Positions 1 through 9,379 of a stretch of DNA of 64,000 bases are shown here, piece by piece. Position 1 is the stretch's first letter. The number at the start of each line of letters is the position of its first letter. Position numbers and translations under genes: made by a program. The notes beneath the pieces were generated by a model. It was not told the DNA's origin. It searched no databases and saw only the letters and a list, made by a program, of their open reading frames with translations. This DNA comes from a virus. Its lineage: Duplodnaviria; Caudoviricetes. The DNA lies in IMG/VR virus record IMGVR_UViG_3300028887_000085, positions 32,001 to 96,000 of that record, one strand, 5' to 3'.

Positions 1-552
1 GCCGTTCATGTCGCCGACGTGCTTCATGGCCCAGGATCGCTTGGCGGTGTTCAGGGCCAGGTTCAGGGTGTTGTTGCAGACCACGCGCACGGGGGTCATG
101 CAGACCTTGACCGCGCCGCTGCCGTCATGGGTGTTGGCGAAGCAGAGGTAGGGCTCCACGTCATCCCCGGCGACCTTCGCCGTGGGCATCTTCGCCAGCA
201 GCCAGATTTTCTTCCCGCCGCGCAGGCTCCCGGCGGTCTCGTAGCGCACATCGCCGCCGATCAGTTCATCCGTCCAGGAAAAAGCATCCGCGTTCTGGAC
301 CACCTGATAGCGGTCGGTGACGATCCCCAGCACCGTGCCGTCCCGGTCACGGACATTGGCCTTGTAGTTGGGGACGGGCGTGGGGGAGTTTTCCAGGAAG
401 ACCGGGCGCTGCTCCACGGTCCAGTCCAGACCGGACAGGCGCAGGGCGTCGGCGGAGGTGGGCGCGTCTTCGACCATCGTGCCGAGGCCGTGCCAGGGCT
501 TTTCGCGGACATACATCATGGTGTCGAGTTTGGAATCGAATTCAGCAGGCAT
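1..552 (-). CDS. DUF932 family phage/plasmid protein (3' end off the window)
   Basis: ATG at 552 with AAGGAG RBS; open to the edge: MPAEFDSKLDTMMYVREKPWHGLG...LSGLDWTV...YETAGSLRGGKKIWLLA...NTHDGSGAV...PVRVVCNNTL. Not in the ORF track. Confidence 0.85.
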   Translation of the reverse strand, partial: MPAEFDSKLDTMMYVREKPWHGLGTMVEDAPTSADALRLSGLDWTVEQRPVFLENSPTPVPNYKANVRDRDGTVLGIVTDRYQVVQNADAFSWTDELIGGDVRYETAGSLRGGKKIWLLAKMPTAKVAGDDVEPYLCFANTHDGSGAVKVCMTPVRVVCNNTLNLALNTAKRSWAMKHVGDMNG

Positions 553-607
553 TGTTCGTTCTCCTTTTTGTAATGTATTTTTGTGGTGTTTAGCGGGGGG
601 CGGGGAA

Positions 608-647
608 CCCCTCATCCGCCCTTCGGGCACCTTCTCCCAGGAGAAGG
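608..647 (+). repeat. REP-like double hairpin
   Basis: CCCTCATCCGCCCTTCGGGCACCTTCTCCCAGGAGAAGG; intergenic; same architecture as the elements at 58038-58138. Confidence 0.7.
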
Positions 648-671
648 CGGATTCGCTCCCCGCCTTATACA

Positions 672-697
672 GTCTCGCAGCAGGACAAAATGTAACC
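672..697 (-). promoter_or_regulatory. Early motif copy 1 (GGTTACA-N14-GAGAC on minus strand)
   Basis: Plus strand GTCTC 672-676, TGTAACC 691-697; upstream of DUF932. Confidence 0.8.
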
Positions 698-719
698 GGG
701 GGATCAGATATATTTTTGT

Positions 720-962
720 TCATCCCTCCTCTGAAAATTCTTCGTTTGCGACATCTCCCGCGAGCTGGAAGGCTTCGTGCGCGGCTTCTTCCAGCCGGTC
801 AATGGTGCGGGTGGCGTAGGGGCATTTTTCTATGAGCGCGACGGCTTCTGCTTTGAGGATATCGTGGGCGAAGTCCAGCGCGTCCACGGCATCGTCCTCC
901 GTCAGCAGCAGGGAAGCATAGCGGCTGACGATTTTCTGATAGGTTTCCTTTGACATGACCAT
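720..962 (-). CDS. Hypothetical protein
   Basis: 80 aa, AAGGAGG RBS. Confidence 0.75.
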   Translation of the reverse strand: MVMSKETYQKIVSRYASLLLTEDDAVDALDFAHDILKAEAVALIEKCPYATRTIDRLEEAAHEAFQLAGDVANEEFSEEG

Positions 963-980
963 GGGGTGATCCCTCCTTTA

Positions 981-1361
981 TTATGCGGCGGATGTGGCCT
1001 CGACGTAGGCGGAATGGAAACGGAGCAGACGGTCAAGGGAACGGCGGGTGTCCTGCATCAGCCGCTTGTAACCCGCGTTTTCCTCCCGCACTTTCCGCCG
1101 GTACTTCCTGGGTACGGATTCCGGGTCCGTGTAGTTCATTGCATAGGACATGGCCGCATATTCGGCGCAGCCCTTTTCCAGCGACACCGCCTCCGTGAAC
1201 CAGGCGTCAAGCTTTTGGATCGCGGCGTCGTTCTGGAAGGGAAAGAGCCGGAACATTTTGCAGAGCTTTTTCCAGGCGGAAAGATCAAGACGGATGAGAC
1301 TGTCCAGGGAGATTTCTGCCCGGAAAGAAGCATCATTTCGGATAGATATAACATTCTCCAT
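981..1361 (-). CDS. Hypothetical protein
   Basis: Start MENVISIR after AAGGAGG. Confidence 0.7.
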   Translation of the reverse strand: MENVISIRNDASFRAEISLDSLIRLDLSAWKKLCKMFRLFPFQNDAAIQKLDAWFTEAVSLEKGCAEYAAMSYAMNYTDPESVPRKYRRKVREENAGYKRLMQDTRRSLDRLLRFHSAYVEATSAA

Positions 1362-1366
1362 TTGCG

Positions 1367-1660
1367 CTACCTCCTTATGTATTTTTCCATGTACTTCATG
1401 CAGGGGTCGGTGACGGTGACAAGCGCCCGCTGCGCCCGGTAGTGTGTCTTCTCCGGGCAGCTCAGGATTTCCGCGTCGGCGTAGTTCCGCTTTGCCCAGC
1501 GGCACAGCCGGTCACATTCCTGATACAGTGTGTCCGCTTTGGTATAGGGCGTGGCCTTGGTGATCCAGATGGTGTAACCGGGGGAGGCGCGTTCATGCAC
1601 CGGCCCCAGGGCAAACTCGGAGCGGGACATAAGCTCTTGGACGTATTGAGGGATCGTCAT
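1367..1660 (-). CDS. Hypothetical protein
   Basis: Start MTIPQYVQ after GAGGAGG. Confidence 0.7.
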   Translation of the reverse strand: MTIPQYVQELMSRSEFALGPVHERASPGYTIWITKATPYTKADTLYQECDRLCRWAKRNYADAEILSCPEKTHYRAQRALVTVTDPCMKYMEKYIRR

Positions 1661-1662
1661 TT

Positions 1663-1866
1663 TCAGTCCTCCTCTCCCAGCTTGCAAAGCTTCGTGTTCA
1701 GGTCGCGCAGCTCGCAATAGTGCCGGATGATGGCCTCCATGGCCTCCGGGCACTCCGCGAGATAGGCGCGGGTCTTCGTCACGGCTTCGATCTTGCCGAG
1801 AACGGCGTCGATCAGCAGGGCCAGCTCCCGCGCCGTCAGGGTCACGCGGATGTTTTCTTTGCGCAT
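1663..1866 (-). CDS. Hypothetical protein
   Basis: 67 aa, tightly packed, RBS. Confidence 0.7.
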   Translation of the reverse strand: MRKENIRVTLTARELALLIDAVLGKIEAVTKTRAYLAECPEAMEAIIRHYCELRDLNTKLCKLGEED

Positions 1867-1868
1867 TG

Positions 1869-2117
1869 TCAGTCCTCCTCGTCTTTATCTTCTCCATATT
1901 CGGCGGTGTAGGTGTCGAATTTGAGTATTGCGATATCGTCATCGTTGGCGTCCGTTACGTCCAGGGTGCAGCCGTCGTAGCCGTTGCGCTCCGGATCGTA
2001 TAAGTTTTCCTCGTAAAGATAGGCGGCGTATTCTTCGGCATCGTCCGAGGATTCGGCATTTACGATGATGCGGTTGGTGTAGGTGACGGTGAATGTCACG
2101 ACAAAGGGCTTTTTCAT
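1869..2117 (-). CDS. DpnD/PcfM-like small acidic protein
   Basis: FVVTFTVTYTNRIIVNAESSDDAEEYA resembles the V-x-A-x-S-x-E-E-A signature. Confidence 0.55.
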   Translation of the reverse strand: MKKPFVVTFTVTYTNRIIVNAESSDDAEEYAAYLYEENLYDPERNGYDGCTLDVTDANDDDIAILKFDTYTAEYGEDKDEED

Positions 2118-2141
2118 ATGTTCGTATTCTCCTTTCCGAAA

Positions 2142-2522
2142 TTATTCGGCAACGGCGGTGAGGTTCCACGCATTGCCAAGCTCGTAGTACAGGCCGTACT
2201 TTTTGAAGATCGCTCGCAGTTCTTCCTCCACCCTCCAAGACGGTTCTCCATAGTTCAGGGCATCATATAGCGGGCCTTCAAAGGTCATGGTGAGGATGTC
2301 CCCGGCGTACTCGGTGATGCGGCGGGGGTCTTCGTTCTCCAGGACGATCAGGTTGTGAGGGTCATTGTAGCAGTATCGACCGTGACGGTCATCGGTGGAG
2401 AACGCTTTGCCGTTGAAGTAGATGGTGGTGTCCACCCACATATCCCGGTCCAGCAGGAATTTGCGGAGCTCTCTGGCGAGCTTTTCGATATTCGCTCTGG
2501 TCGGTATCTTTGCCATGTTCAT
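2142..2522 (-). CDS. Hypothetical protein
   Basis: 126 aa, GAGGAGG RBS. Confidence 0.75.
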   Translation of the reverse strand: MNMAKIPTRANIEKLARELRKFLLDRDMWVDTTIYFNGKAFSTDDRHGRYCYNDPHNLIVLENEDPRRITEYAGDILTMTFEGPLYDALNYGEPSWRVEEELRAIFKKYGLYYELGNAWNLTAVAE

Positions 2523-3076
2523 TCCTCCTCGATTCTCTTGATCTCCGCTTCCGCGCCGTCGTAGTCATCTTCGCTGAGACAGCCGCAGAAGGTATGGAAG
2601 TTGCAGTCTTCCAGCAGGTCTTCGATCTTCTCCCGCTGGATATCTTCCCGGTGGAGGCGCATAAGCTCCCGCAGGTCTTCCAGCGAGAAGCCCCAGCGGA
2701 TGGTCCGGGAAATGTCGCTGTAGGTCATGGTTTCCAGGGCTTTCTCCCAGTCTTCACAGATTTCTTCTTCCGTCATGGGTTCGGGAAGGTCACCGACTTC
2801 CAGGCTGGAGCAGTAGCCGTCAACATAGTACGTCACTTCCAGCTTTGGGAATTTCTGATGGATCATGTACTCGGTTGCGCGATAGTAAGCGCCGATGATG
2901 GAGTCGGTGATTTCATTGAGCCTTCCGATATCTTCAAATTCCTCCTTTGCGTAGTCGTTCATGTCATCAATCTCGCGGATGGAAAATCCCAGCTTTTCCA
3001 TGGTGTCCTCACACTCTTTTGCGACGCGCTCAATGGTTTCGGCATAAATTCCGAGAAATTCACAGGTAGAAATCAT
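2519..3076 (-). CDS. Hypothetical acidic protein
   Basis: 185 aa, AGGAGG RBS, follows motif copy 2. Confidence 0.8.
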   Translation of the reverse strand: MISTCEFLGIYAETIERVAKECEDTMEKLGFSIREIDDMNDYAKEEFEDIGRLNEITDSIIGAYYRATEYMIHQKFPKLEVTYYVDGYCSSLEVGDLPEPMTEEEICEDWEKALETMTYSDISRTIRWGFSLEDLRELMRLHREDIQREKIEDLLEDCNFHTFCGCLSEDDYDGAEAEIKRIEEE

Positions 3077-3115
3077 GCGTGTTCCTCCTATCGTTTTTTG
3101 TTTTGCGCCTTATAA

Positions 3116-3141
3116 GTCTCAGAGGAGCGGTTTTTGTAACC
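3116..3141 (-). promoter_or_regulatory. Early motif copy 2
   Basis: GTCTC 3116-3120, N14, TGTAACC 3135-3141. Confidence 0.8.
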
Positions 3142-3196
3142 GCCCCTCCGAAATTATTTTACGCTTTGTTTATTGTTCCCCCAAGACGGGAACCGG

Positions 3197-3478
3197 TCAC
3201 TGAAAGATGCGGAACTCCACCAGGTCGCCGTGGTGGATGTTGTTCCTGAAAAAGCGCTGCCCTTCCTCCTCCCGGTATGGCATGACATAGGCGCAGGTGC
3301 TGTTCTGATCCCGCATGTAGCGCAGCAGGTTCAGGGCCATGACGATCTCGGCGTCATCGAACGTTTCCCTTTCCTTGACGTAGCCCATGCTGTCACAGTG
3401 GGCCACGGAAACGCCCCATTTTGTGTTCTCGATCTCCAGAAAGCAGCCGTTGTTCACTTCGATTCTCCGCATTGTCAT
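3197..3478 (-). CDS. Hypothetical protein
   Basis: 93 aa, RBS. Confidence 0.7.
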   Translation of the reverse strand: MTMRRIEVNNGCFLEIENTKWGVSVAHCDSMGYVKERETFDDAEIVMALNLLRYMRDQNSTCAYVMPYREEEGQRFFRNNIHHGDLVEFRIFQ

Positions 3479-3484
3479 TCCTCC

Positions 3485-3688
3485 TTATACTTCCGAAGTG
3501 TCGATGTTCAGGATGATCCGGCCTTCGTCCAGGTCGAAGCTCGAAACGTCGTAGTCAGAAAACGCGCTCTGCTGCGCGTCCCACATGCTCCCGACGAAAA
3601 CCTCATGCTCGATTGCCGGATTCATGTCATAGATGCGGACTTCCACCGTATCGTCAGTGCAGAGACCGCAGAAATCGTAAACGTCCAT
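3485..3688 (-). CDS. Hypothetical small acidic protein
   Basis: 67 aa, AAGGAG RBS. Confidence 0.7.
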   Translation of the reverse strand: MDVYDFCGLCTDDTVEVRIYDMNPAIEHEVFVGSMWDAQQSAFSDYDVSSFDLDEGRIILNIDTSEV

Positions 3689-3705
3689 TGTTTAATGCTC
3701 CTTTC

Positions 3706-4044
3706 TCAGCTCAAAGCATAGGCCAAATCGAAGAGAAGGTCTTCGATATCCCTGGCGTCATCCAGCAGGTCTTGAAGGGAATCGGGTTCCCCCCGATTTG
3801 CGCCGTACCATTCGGCGGCGTGCTGTTCAGGATCAAAGTTATTGTAGCGCTCGATAAGCATGTCAAAGATTTCGGGAATGCTGTGGTAATACTCGGTGAT
3901 AATCAGGTCTTCACCGGCGGGAGAAGACCTCTCGAACTCCACATACTTTTCCGTTCTTCCGCTTTGGAGCGCTTGTTCTCCGAATGTCACGCGCCAGCCG
4001 AGCTTTTCGGCGGCGGCGATGACGGCGGCTTTTGTCGTTTTCAT
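3706..4044 (-). CDS. Hypothetical protein
   Basis: 112 aa, AAGGAG RBS. Confidence 0.75.
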   Translation of the reverse strand: MKTTKAAVIAAAEKLGWRVTFGEQALQSGRTEKYVEFERSSPAGEDLIITEYYHSIPEIFDMLIERYNNFDPEQHAAEWYGANRGEPDSLQDLLDDARDIEDLLFDLAYALS

Positions 4045-4265
4045 CTGTTCTCCTTTCGTTTTTCGCCGTAATAGACGTAGCTGCCACGGGGACCGGTCAC
4101 GACGATGCTTCCGCCGCGCCCGGAATAGTCACGGCGAAAGTTTACATAGCCCGCCCACATGACCGCCTCCATGGGGGAGTGGGCTTCGATAATTTTATCC
4201 GGGGCGAGAAGGCCGTCCCGGATATCATAGACCTTGTATGAGTTCATGGTGATCTCCTTTCGCAT
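4041..4265 (-). CDS. Hypothetical protein (start probably 4247)
   Basis: AAGGAG precedes MNSYKVYD. Confidence 0.65.
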   Translation of the reverse strand: MRKEITMNSYKVYDIRDGLLAPDKIIEAHSPMEAVMWAGYVNFRRDYSGRGGSIVVTGPRGSYVYYGEKRKENR

Positions 4266-4281
4266 TGTCGCTGTCTTTATA

Positions 4282-4307
4282 GTCTCCGCGGGGCGTGGAT
4301 TGTAACC
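4282..4307 (-). promoter_or_regulatory. Early motif copy 3
   Basis: GTCTC 4282-4286, N14, TGTAACC 4301-4307. Confidence 0.8.
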
Positions 4308-4324
4308 GCCCCATAAAAATTTCT

Positions 4325-5047
4325 TCAGGCCCTTTTTTCGTTTGCCTTTGCGGTGCGGTAGCCGGTGCCATGCTTCGTTTCCGCGCTGACGATCTTCCCG
4401 GAGGAAAGCAAATCCTCAAAGATGGAATGCACATAGCTGTAACCCGCGCCGTTGTCCTGATAGCGTTCAGCGCCCCGGCGGGGAATGTGGTGCTTCTCCG
4501 AAACGCGTCGGACGGGGCCGCTGAAGAAATCGTTGCTCACGATATACAGGTTGCTTCGCTTTGTCTTGAATTCCGTCAAAAGCTCTGCGGAAATTTCTTC
4601 CCGCCGGTCCTTCAGGATGTCCAGATATTCCTCGTTGCTGATGGGGAAGACCTCATGGTACACGTCCACCCAGCGGACAGATACGGTCTCGGCGGCGTCC
4701 AGGGCTTCCGCAATCGGCTTGACCTTCGCTTTCGCCACGGTGCCGGAAATGTTGTGCGATTCTGCGTACAGGTGTTCCATGGGGTAGCCCTCTGTGCGGC
4801 CTCCGATACCTTCGGAGATTCCGAAGTCGGCCACGATTTTTTTCACCTCCGCATGGAAGCGCTCGCGGTCGGCGGGATCGGTGAAGCTGCCGTACATTCC
4901 CGCTCCTTTGGTGTCGATGCGGAAATAGACCTGGATAAAGCTGTCAGCGGGGAAGGGGCCGTCAGGGTTCCAGTTGTCGGTCATGTGGCCGTCCGGGCCG
5001 TACTGCGGGCCGTTCATGTTGTCGTGGTATTTGATCTTTTCGCTCAT
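4325..5047 (-). CDS. Hypothetical protein
   Basis: 240 aa, AAGGAG RBS. Confidence 0.8.
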   Translation of the reverse strand: MSEKIKYHDNMNGPQYGPDGHMTDNWNPDGPFPADSFIQVYFRIDTKGAGMYGSFTDPADRERFHAEVKKIVADFGISEGIGGRTEGYPMEHLYAESHNISGTVAKAKVKPIAEALDAAETVSVRWVDVYHEVFPISNEEYLDILKDRREEISAELLTEFKTKRSNLYIVSNDFFSGPVRRVSEKHHIPRRGAERYQDNGAGYSYVHSIFEDLLSSGKIVSAETKHGTGYRTAKANEKRA

Positions 5048-5094
5048 GGTGATCTCCTTTCAAGTTACCGGCTTGCGCCGTTGCTGCTTATATG

Positions 5095-5120
5095 GTCTCG
5101 CTCAGGCCGGTTTTGTAACC
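5095..5120 (-). promoter_or_regulatory. Early motif copy 4
   Basis: GTCTC 5095-5099, N14, TGTAACC 5114-5120. Confidence 0.8.
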
Positions 5121-5323
5121 GGGCCGGAAAAAGAATTTTCAAGGGCCGCTATGCGGCGGATCGTGTCCTCCGTCAGGCCGCCCGCCCGGAGGCAGGCGGC
5201 GGCGACATTATAGTGCTTGCGGGCGCGGAATAGGTCGCCCCGGCGCAGCTTTGCAGCGCAGTTATACAGGGCGCGGCGAGCGAAAAATTCGTTGCTTCCT
5301 TCCAGCTTTGCGATATGGTCCAT
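5102..5323 (-). CDS. Hypothetical protein
   Basis: 73 aa, coupled to the upstream ORF. Confidence 0.6.
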   Translation of the reverse strand: MDHIAKLEGSNEFFARRALYNCAAKLRRGDLFRARKHYNVAAACLRAGGLTEDTIRRIAALENSFSGPVTKPA

Positions 5324-5643
5324 CAGTCTCCCTCCGCGAAAAGGCTGTCATATTCCGGCTTGTACCACGGTGCCCCTGGCATGAAACAGCCGATCGATTC
5401 TATCTCGTGCACCGTCAGCGGCGCACCGCTTTCCCGGAAACAGATGCGGCGGCTGAGAAGCTTCCCGCCGCGAAAAACCTCCACAAGTTTCAGTTCCAGA
5501 TAATCCCAAAGCGGCTGCAGATTGCATTTTTTGAGATACGCGAACAGTTCCGCCGTCGCCCTGCTCCACTGCGCTTCATCCAGCGCGACGCCATATAACA
5601 AACGGTCACACATTTTCTGCCATTCGATGCTGTTCGCTTTCAT
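5323..5643 (-). CDS. Hypothetical protein
   Basis: 106 aa, overlapping stop/start. Confidence 0.7.
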   Translation of the reverse strand: MKANSIEWQKMCDRLLYGVALDEAQWSRATAELFAYLKKCNLQPLWDYLELKLVEVFRGGKLLSRRICFRESGAPLTVHEIESIGCFMPGAPWYKPEYDSLFAEGD

Positions 5644-5831
5644 CAGATGACCGCCCCTTCCGCCGTGACGATGCAGGCGCTTTTTCCGTCGTGGGATCGG
5701 TAATACTCATTTCCGGCCTCGTCCGTCCAGAAGACTTCGTGCATCTTCTCGGGCTTATAGGACGCGGACATGGGCCGCAGCTTCCCCACGATCTCAAAAC
5801 CTACGCGCTTTGCATACTGCCGGATCGTCAT
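5643..5831 (-). CDS. Hypothetical protein
   Basis: 62 aa, GGAGG RBS. Confidence 0.7.
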   Translation of the reverse strand: MTIRQYAKRVGFEIVGKLRPMSASYKPEKMHEVFWTDEAGNEYYRSHDGKSACIVTAEGAVI

Positions 5832-5832
5832 T

Positions 5833-6357
5833 TCATGCGTCCTCCCATTCCGTTTCGTTGAACTTCTGAATGAACTCCTGGAAGGAAAGCTCCTTCCAAT
5901 AGTTCACGGTTTTGCTGCGCCACTTCCCGGCCTTGTACTTGAAGACGGTGATCCCCACGGTCCCAAATTGCACATAGCAAGAACTGGAAATGTCCATCGT
6001 TTCGCCGTGGCCGCTGACCTTCACGCGATACTGCGCAGACTCCCAATTCAAATCGAGGATGCGTTTGTCGTTTGCCGTCATATCAGAATCCCTCCCGATC
6101 ATCTGTTTTTCAAGGTCCGCAATATCCTCCGGAGACAGCCATTCCGGCGGTACAGGCAGGGAAGCATAGACTTCCCGCATGAGGTCGATCTGCTTGCGTT
6201 CGTCCTGCGTCCAAAGGTGCTGCGCATACCGTGCCCCGTAGCCCAAGTAATACAAGCAATCCAGGCGCAGCCGATCCAGGAACATATAGCGGAATTTCAC
6301 GTCGCGCTTTTCCAGGTCATACGCTTGCATCAAGGTCGTTTTTTCGGTGCGATCCAT
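5833..6357 (-). CDS. LPD11 (large polyvalent protein-associated domain 11) protein
   Basis: FRYMFLDRLRLDCLYYLGYG...HLW...QIDLM...PEWLSPEDI matches the LPD11 pattern. Confidence 0.75.
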   Translation of the reverse strand: MDRTEKTTLMQAYDLEKRDVKFRYMFLDRLRLDCLYYLGYGARYAQHLWTQDERKQIDLMREVYASLPVPPEWLSPEDIADLEKQMIGRDSDMTANDKRILDLNWESAQYRVKVSGHGETMDISSSCYVQFGTVGITVFKYKAGKWRSKTVNYWKELSFQEFIQKFNETEWEDA

Positions 6358-6662
6358 CAGGTGTCCTCCTCTGCGCCTGCTTTCTGACGCTTCATTTGCT
6401 TTAAGACTTCCAGCTTTTGAATCAGCTTCCCAATGTTCGGCTGCTCTGCGTTCCACGGCAATTCGATATAATGAGAGACCGTAAAGATGGCGTTGTCGAT
6501 AAAAACGCAACCGTTCGCTTTGCAGCGTTCTATCATTTCGTCCGCAGTCCGGCAAAGACTTTCTACATGCTCGCGCCTTCGCTTCGCCTCGTCATAAGGT
6601 TCTTCACCTTGAATGTAGGCACGCGCCTGCTCGTCGGTTAATGTCCTGCGCTTTTTTTGCAT
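6357..6662 (-). CDS. Hypothetical protein
   Basis: 101 aa, RBS. Confidence 0.65.
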   Translation of the reverse strand: MQKKRRTLTDEQARAYIQGEEPYDEAKRRREHVESLCRTADEMIERCKANGCVFIDNAIFTVSHYIELPWNAEQPNIGKLIQKLEVLKQMKRQKAGAEEDT

Positions 6663-6819
6663 ATCGTTTTCTCCCTTCCGAATTAAAGACTTTATGGAAC
6701 GGCCCGTGTCCGGGCCGCTCGAAAAGGCTTCAAATCACGGGGACGGGGATCGTTCTGTTCTGTGTATCCGCGCTGAAAGCTGTTATATTACCTCCTTCTG
6801 AATTTTTATTCTGTTTATT

Positions 6820-7263
6820 TCAGGCCGCCTCCTTTCGGCTTTCCGGGGTGAAGCCCTGGTCCTCGATGTTCTTCAGCCAGTGCCAGAGAAAATCATCCAG
6901 GGACGTTCTCAGGGACGGAGAATAAAGCCGCTGGCCGTTCCGGGTCCGGTAGACCTCTTGATACAGCCCCATGTAGTCGTTCCGAAAGTTCAGGGGATGG
7001 ATGACGCCCTTCTCCCGGTCCACGGAAAACTCGATGCAGGGATCGGCCATCAGGTCGCCGTTCTGCTCGCCGTAGTGGGCCATGTAGTAGACCGGCAGGC
7101 CCCGATAGTCCGTGTATCCCAGGGATTCCATGGACAGGTCCATATATCCCGCAGCGGTGAAGCGCAGCCAGGACGTTCCGTCGTCGCAGGTCTTCTCGTC
7201 CAGTGCCTTCAGGTAGGGCAGAAGCATCTTGTAATTGGTCGTTCCGTGTTTCGTTGCTCTCAT
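6820..7263 (-). CDS. DUF6908/DUF1249-like protein
   Basis: YMDLSME...AHYGEQNGDLMADP...FLWHWLKNIEDQG. Confidence 0.7.
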   Translation of the reverse strand: MRATKHGTTNYKMLLPYLKALDEKTCDDGTSWLRFTAAGYMDLSMESLGYTDYRGLPVYYMAHYGEQNGDLMADPCIEFSVDREKGVIHPLNFRNDYMGLYQEVYRTRNGQRLYSPSLRTSLDDFLWHWLKNIEDQGFTPESRKEAA

Positions 7264-7343
7264 TTTGTTTATCTCCTCTCATTTCAATTTCCGTTCAATT
7301 TTTAGGGGCCGCCTTGTGTCGGCGGCCCCGTGCTGTTCTTATC

Positions 7344-7369
7344 GTCTCGAAGCGGCCTCGATTGTAACC
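7344..7369 (-). promoter_or_regulatory. Early motif copy 5
   Basis: GTCTC 7344-7348, N14, TGTAACC 7363-7369. Confidence 0.8.
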
Positions 7370-7398
7370 GGTCCACAAAATTTTAACCGCCGATCATG

Positions 7399-7779
7399 TC
7401 ACGCCACGTCGCTTTTGGACGCCTCGTCCCGGTAAAGCTCAATGGCCCGCAGGACAAACGCCTTGACCTCCTTTTTGTTGACGTTCATTTTCTCCGTGTT
7501 CGTTTCCACCGTGTAACCGTAGCTGTTCCGCTTCCAGGTGACGCCCTCCGCATTGCCGCAGATATCGGTGTAGATGCGGCTCAGGGCCGTCGTCGTCAGG
7601 TCGAAGTGCTCAAAGGTGATCTCCGCCTCGCCGCCGGTCCTCAGGATCTTCAGGGCGTCGTTTATCAGCTTGTCCACGGATTCATAGTAGTCGATCTCAT
7701 AGAGTTTTTGACCTTCCAGCTTGCCGAAGAATCCGTTTGCCCTCGCCTTGAAAGAATAGCTCATGAAGAATGCGCTCAT
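7399..7779 (-). CDS. Hypothetical protein
   Basis: 126 aa, GGAGG RBS. Confidence 0.75.
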   Translation of the reverse strand: MSAFFMSYSFKARANGFFGKLEGQKLYEIDYYESVDKLINDALKILRTGGEAEITFEHFDLTTTALSRIYTDICGNAEGVTWKRNSYGYTVETNTEKMNVNKKEVKAFVLRAIELYRDEASKSDVA

Positions 7780-8015
7780 GGATTTGACCTCCGTTCAATT
7801 TTTGTTCTGCTCTTATAGTCTCGATAAAGCACGGATTGTAACCGGCGGCCCGAAAAAATTTCCGGCCCGCGCAGAGCGCCTACAGCGCCCAGGATCAGCA
7901 GCGCAGCGCCGAAGTATGTTCCGGCCCAGGGACCGCCGTCAAGCTCCGTCAGCAGCAGCAGGAAGCCCAGGAACGCAATCCCGGCGGCCAGGTTTTTGAT
8001 TTTTGAGGTGCGCAT
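7776..8015 (-). CDS. Small membrane protein (two hydrophobic segments)
   Basis: AAGIAFLGFLLLL and YFGAALLILGAVGAL; 3' end overlaps motif copy 6. Confidence 0.55.
   Translation of the reverse strand: MRTSKIKNLAAGIAFLGFLLLLTELDGGPWAGTYFGAALLILGAVGALRGPEIFSGRRLQSVLYRDYKSRTKIERRSNP
7818..7843 (-). promoter_or_regulatory. Early motif copy 6
   Basis: GTCTC 7818-7822, N14, TGTAACC 7837-7843. Confidence 0.8.
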
Positions 8016-8017
8016 GT

Positions 8018-8200
8018 TCAGTCCTCCCACCACTTGAACCATCCGGCAGGCGCAGCCGTGTACTGCTCATAGTAGAAGCCCACGATCCGCTCCCACTCGT
8101 CGGGCCGACATTCCCCCAGGCGCTTGCAGGATTCAAGCGTTTCCACACATTCCCGCCGGTATTCCTCCGGCATAGCAGCATATTTTTCCCGTGTCAGCAT
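8018..8200 (-). CDS. Hypothetical protein
   Basis: 60 aa, AAGGAG RBS. Confidence 0.6.
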   Translation of the reverse strand: MLTREKYAAMPEEYRRECVETLESCKRLGECRPDEWERIVGFYYEQYTAAPAGWFKWWED

Positions 8201-8301
8201 TTATTGTGATCTCCTTCCTCTTGATAGCTTTATGAAGCGCCGGGCCCCTCCACGTCCGGCGCTTGAAAAACCGTCAAGATTTTGTCCTGCGATTTGGATA
8301 A

Positions 8302-8649
8302 TTATGCAACCACCTCCAGCAGGTCGGAGAAGCGCTCCAGCATTTCCGCCTTGTTGGCCTCGTAAACCTTCAGGGCCTGCTCCTCCGCTTTTTTGCTCTT
8401 GCGGGCGCACTCCACCACGCACTTTTTCCAGCCGGAAAAAGCGGCGTAGCTCTCCATGGTCACGCCGTAGTCCGTCGTACTCCGCTCCACCGGGGAAACG
8501 CTCACATAGTAGCCGCGAGCCTCGGTCCTGCCGGTAAAGTAGTTCATGCCGCCCAGGGAATAGTACAGCTCGCACTTCAGGAAGTGGCTGGGCTTGTTGG
8601 TGTTGATGTACTCTTTCTTGATCTGCTGCATGATGTTATCTCCTCTCAA
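8302..8649 (-). CDS. Hypothetical protein
   Basis: 115 aa; true start probably MQQIKKE. Confidence 0.75.
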   Translation of the reverse strand: MRGDNIMQQIKKEYINTNKPSHFLKCELYYSLGGMNYFTGRTEARGYYVSVSPVERSTTDYGVTMESYAAFSGWKKCVVECARKSKKAEEQALKVYEANKAEMLERFSDLLEVVA

Positions 8650-8687
8650 AGTGTTGTTTTGTATTTCGGTTTAGCTCTGCTCTTATA

Positions 8688-8713
8688 GTCTCGCAGGATC
8701 TCCTTTTGTAACC
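8688..8713 (-). promoter_or_regulatory. Early motif copy 7
   Basis: GTCTC 8688-8692, N14, TGTAACC 8707-8713. Confidence 0.8.
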
Positions 8714-8783
8714 TCCCTCCGAAAAAGATTTTTTGTCCGCCGAATAGCAGGGCCGCCGGTCATCCCGGCGGCCCGCAGCCTGT

Positions 8784-9269
8784 TCAATTCTCCTGCATGG
8801 CGTAATACAGCGGCTTGCGCTGAGAGGCGTCCAGGACCTCGCTGCACCGGCGCATGGCCTCCTTTGCCTGCTTCAGCGCCCTGACCGTTGCGCCGATCTG
8901 CTCGTCGCTCGCGTCATCCGGCAGCTCGTCCACGGCGTTCACCAGCCTGTTTTTCTCCTTGTGGATGTAGAAGCTCGCCACACGGCACACGCCCACGGCA
9001 TCCCGGTAGGCCGCCGCCAGCTCGTCGAAGTCCGCCTGCAGCTTGTCCCGTTCGTCCATGGTGTCCAGGCTGATCTTTGCCACGTCCGCCGCTTTTTTCC
9101 TGGCCTCCTCCAGGTCGCGCACCGGCGAATTGCCGAAGTCGTTATCGATATTGTCCCGGCAGATGTCCACGATCCCGGCGAATGTCAGGGCGATGTAGCT
9201 GTCCTCCCCGGCGGATTGAATCAGGTTTTCGATCTTGTCCAGGATCTTGCGCTCTTCAGCTTTTGTCAT
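8784..9269 (-). CDS. Hypothetical coiled-coil protein
   Basis: 161 aa, GGAGG RBS. Confidence 0.8.
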   Translation of the reverse strand: MTKAEERKILDKIENLIQSAGEDSYIALTFAGIVDICRDNIDNDFGNSPVRDLEEARKKAADVAKISLDTMDERDKLQADFDELAAAYRDAVGVCRVASFYIHKEKNRLVNAVDELPDDASDEQIGATVRALKQAKEAMRRCSEVLDASQRKPLYYAMQEN

Positions 9270-9314
9270 GATTTTTTATCCTCCGAATTTTGAATTTTGT
9301 TTCCTGCCTTTAAG

Positions 9315-9340
9315 GTCTCGCAGTCAAGCAAATTGTAACC
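9315..9340 (-). promoter_or_regulatory. Early motif copy 8
   Basis: GTCTC 9315-9319, N14, TGTAACC 9334-9340. Confidence 0.8.
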
Positions 9341-9379
9341 GGCGGAGAAAATTTCTTTTCTCCGCCGGTCTGTCGTTTT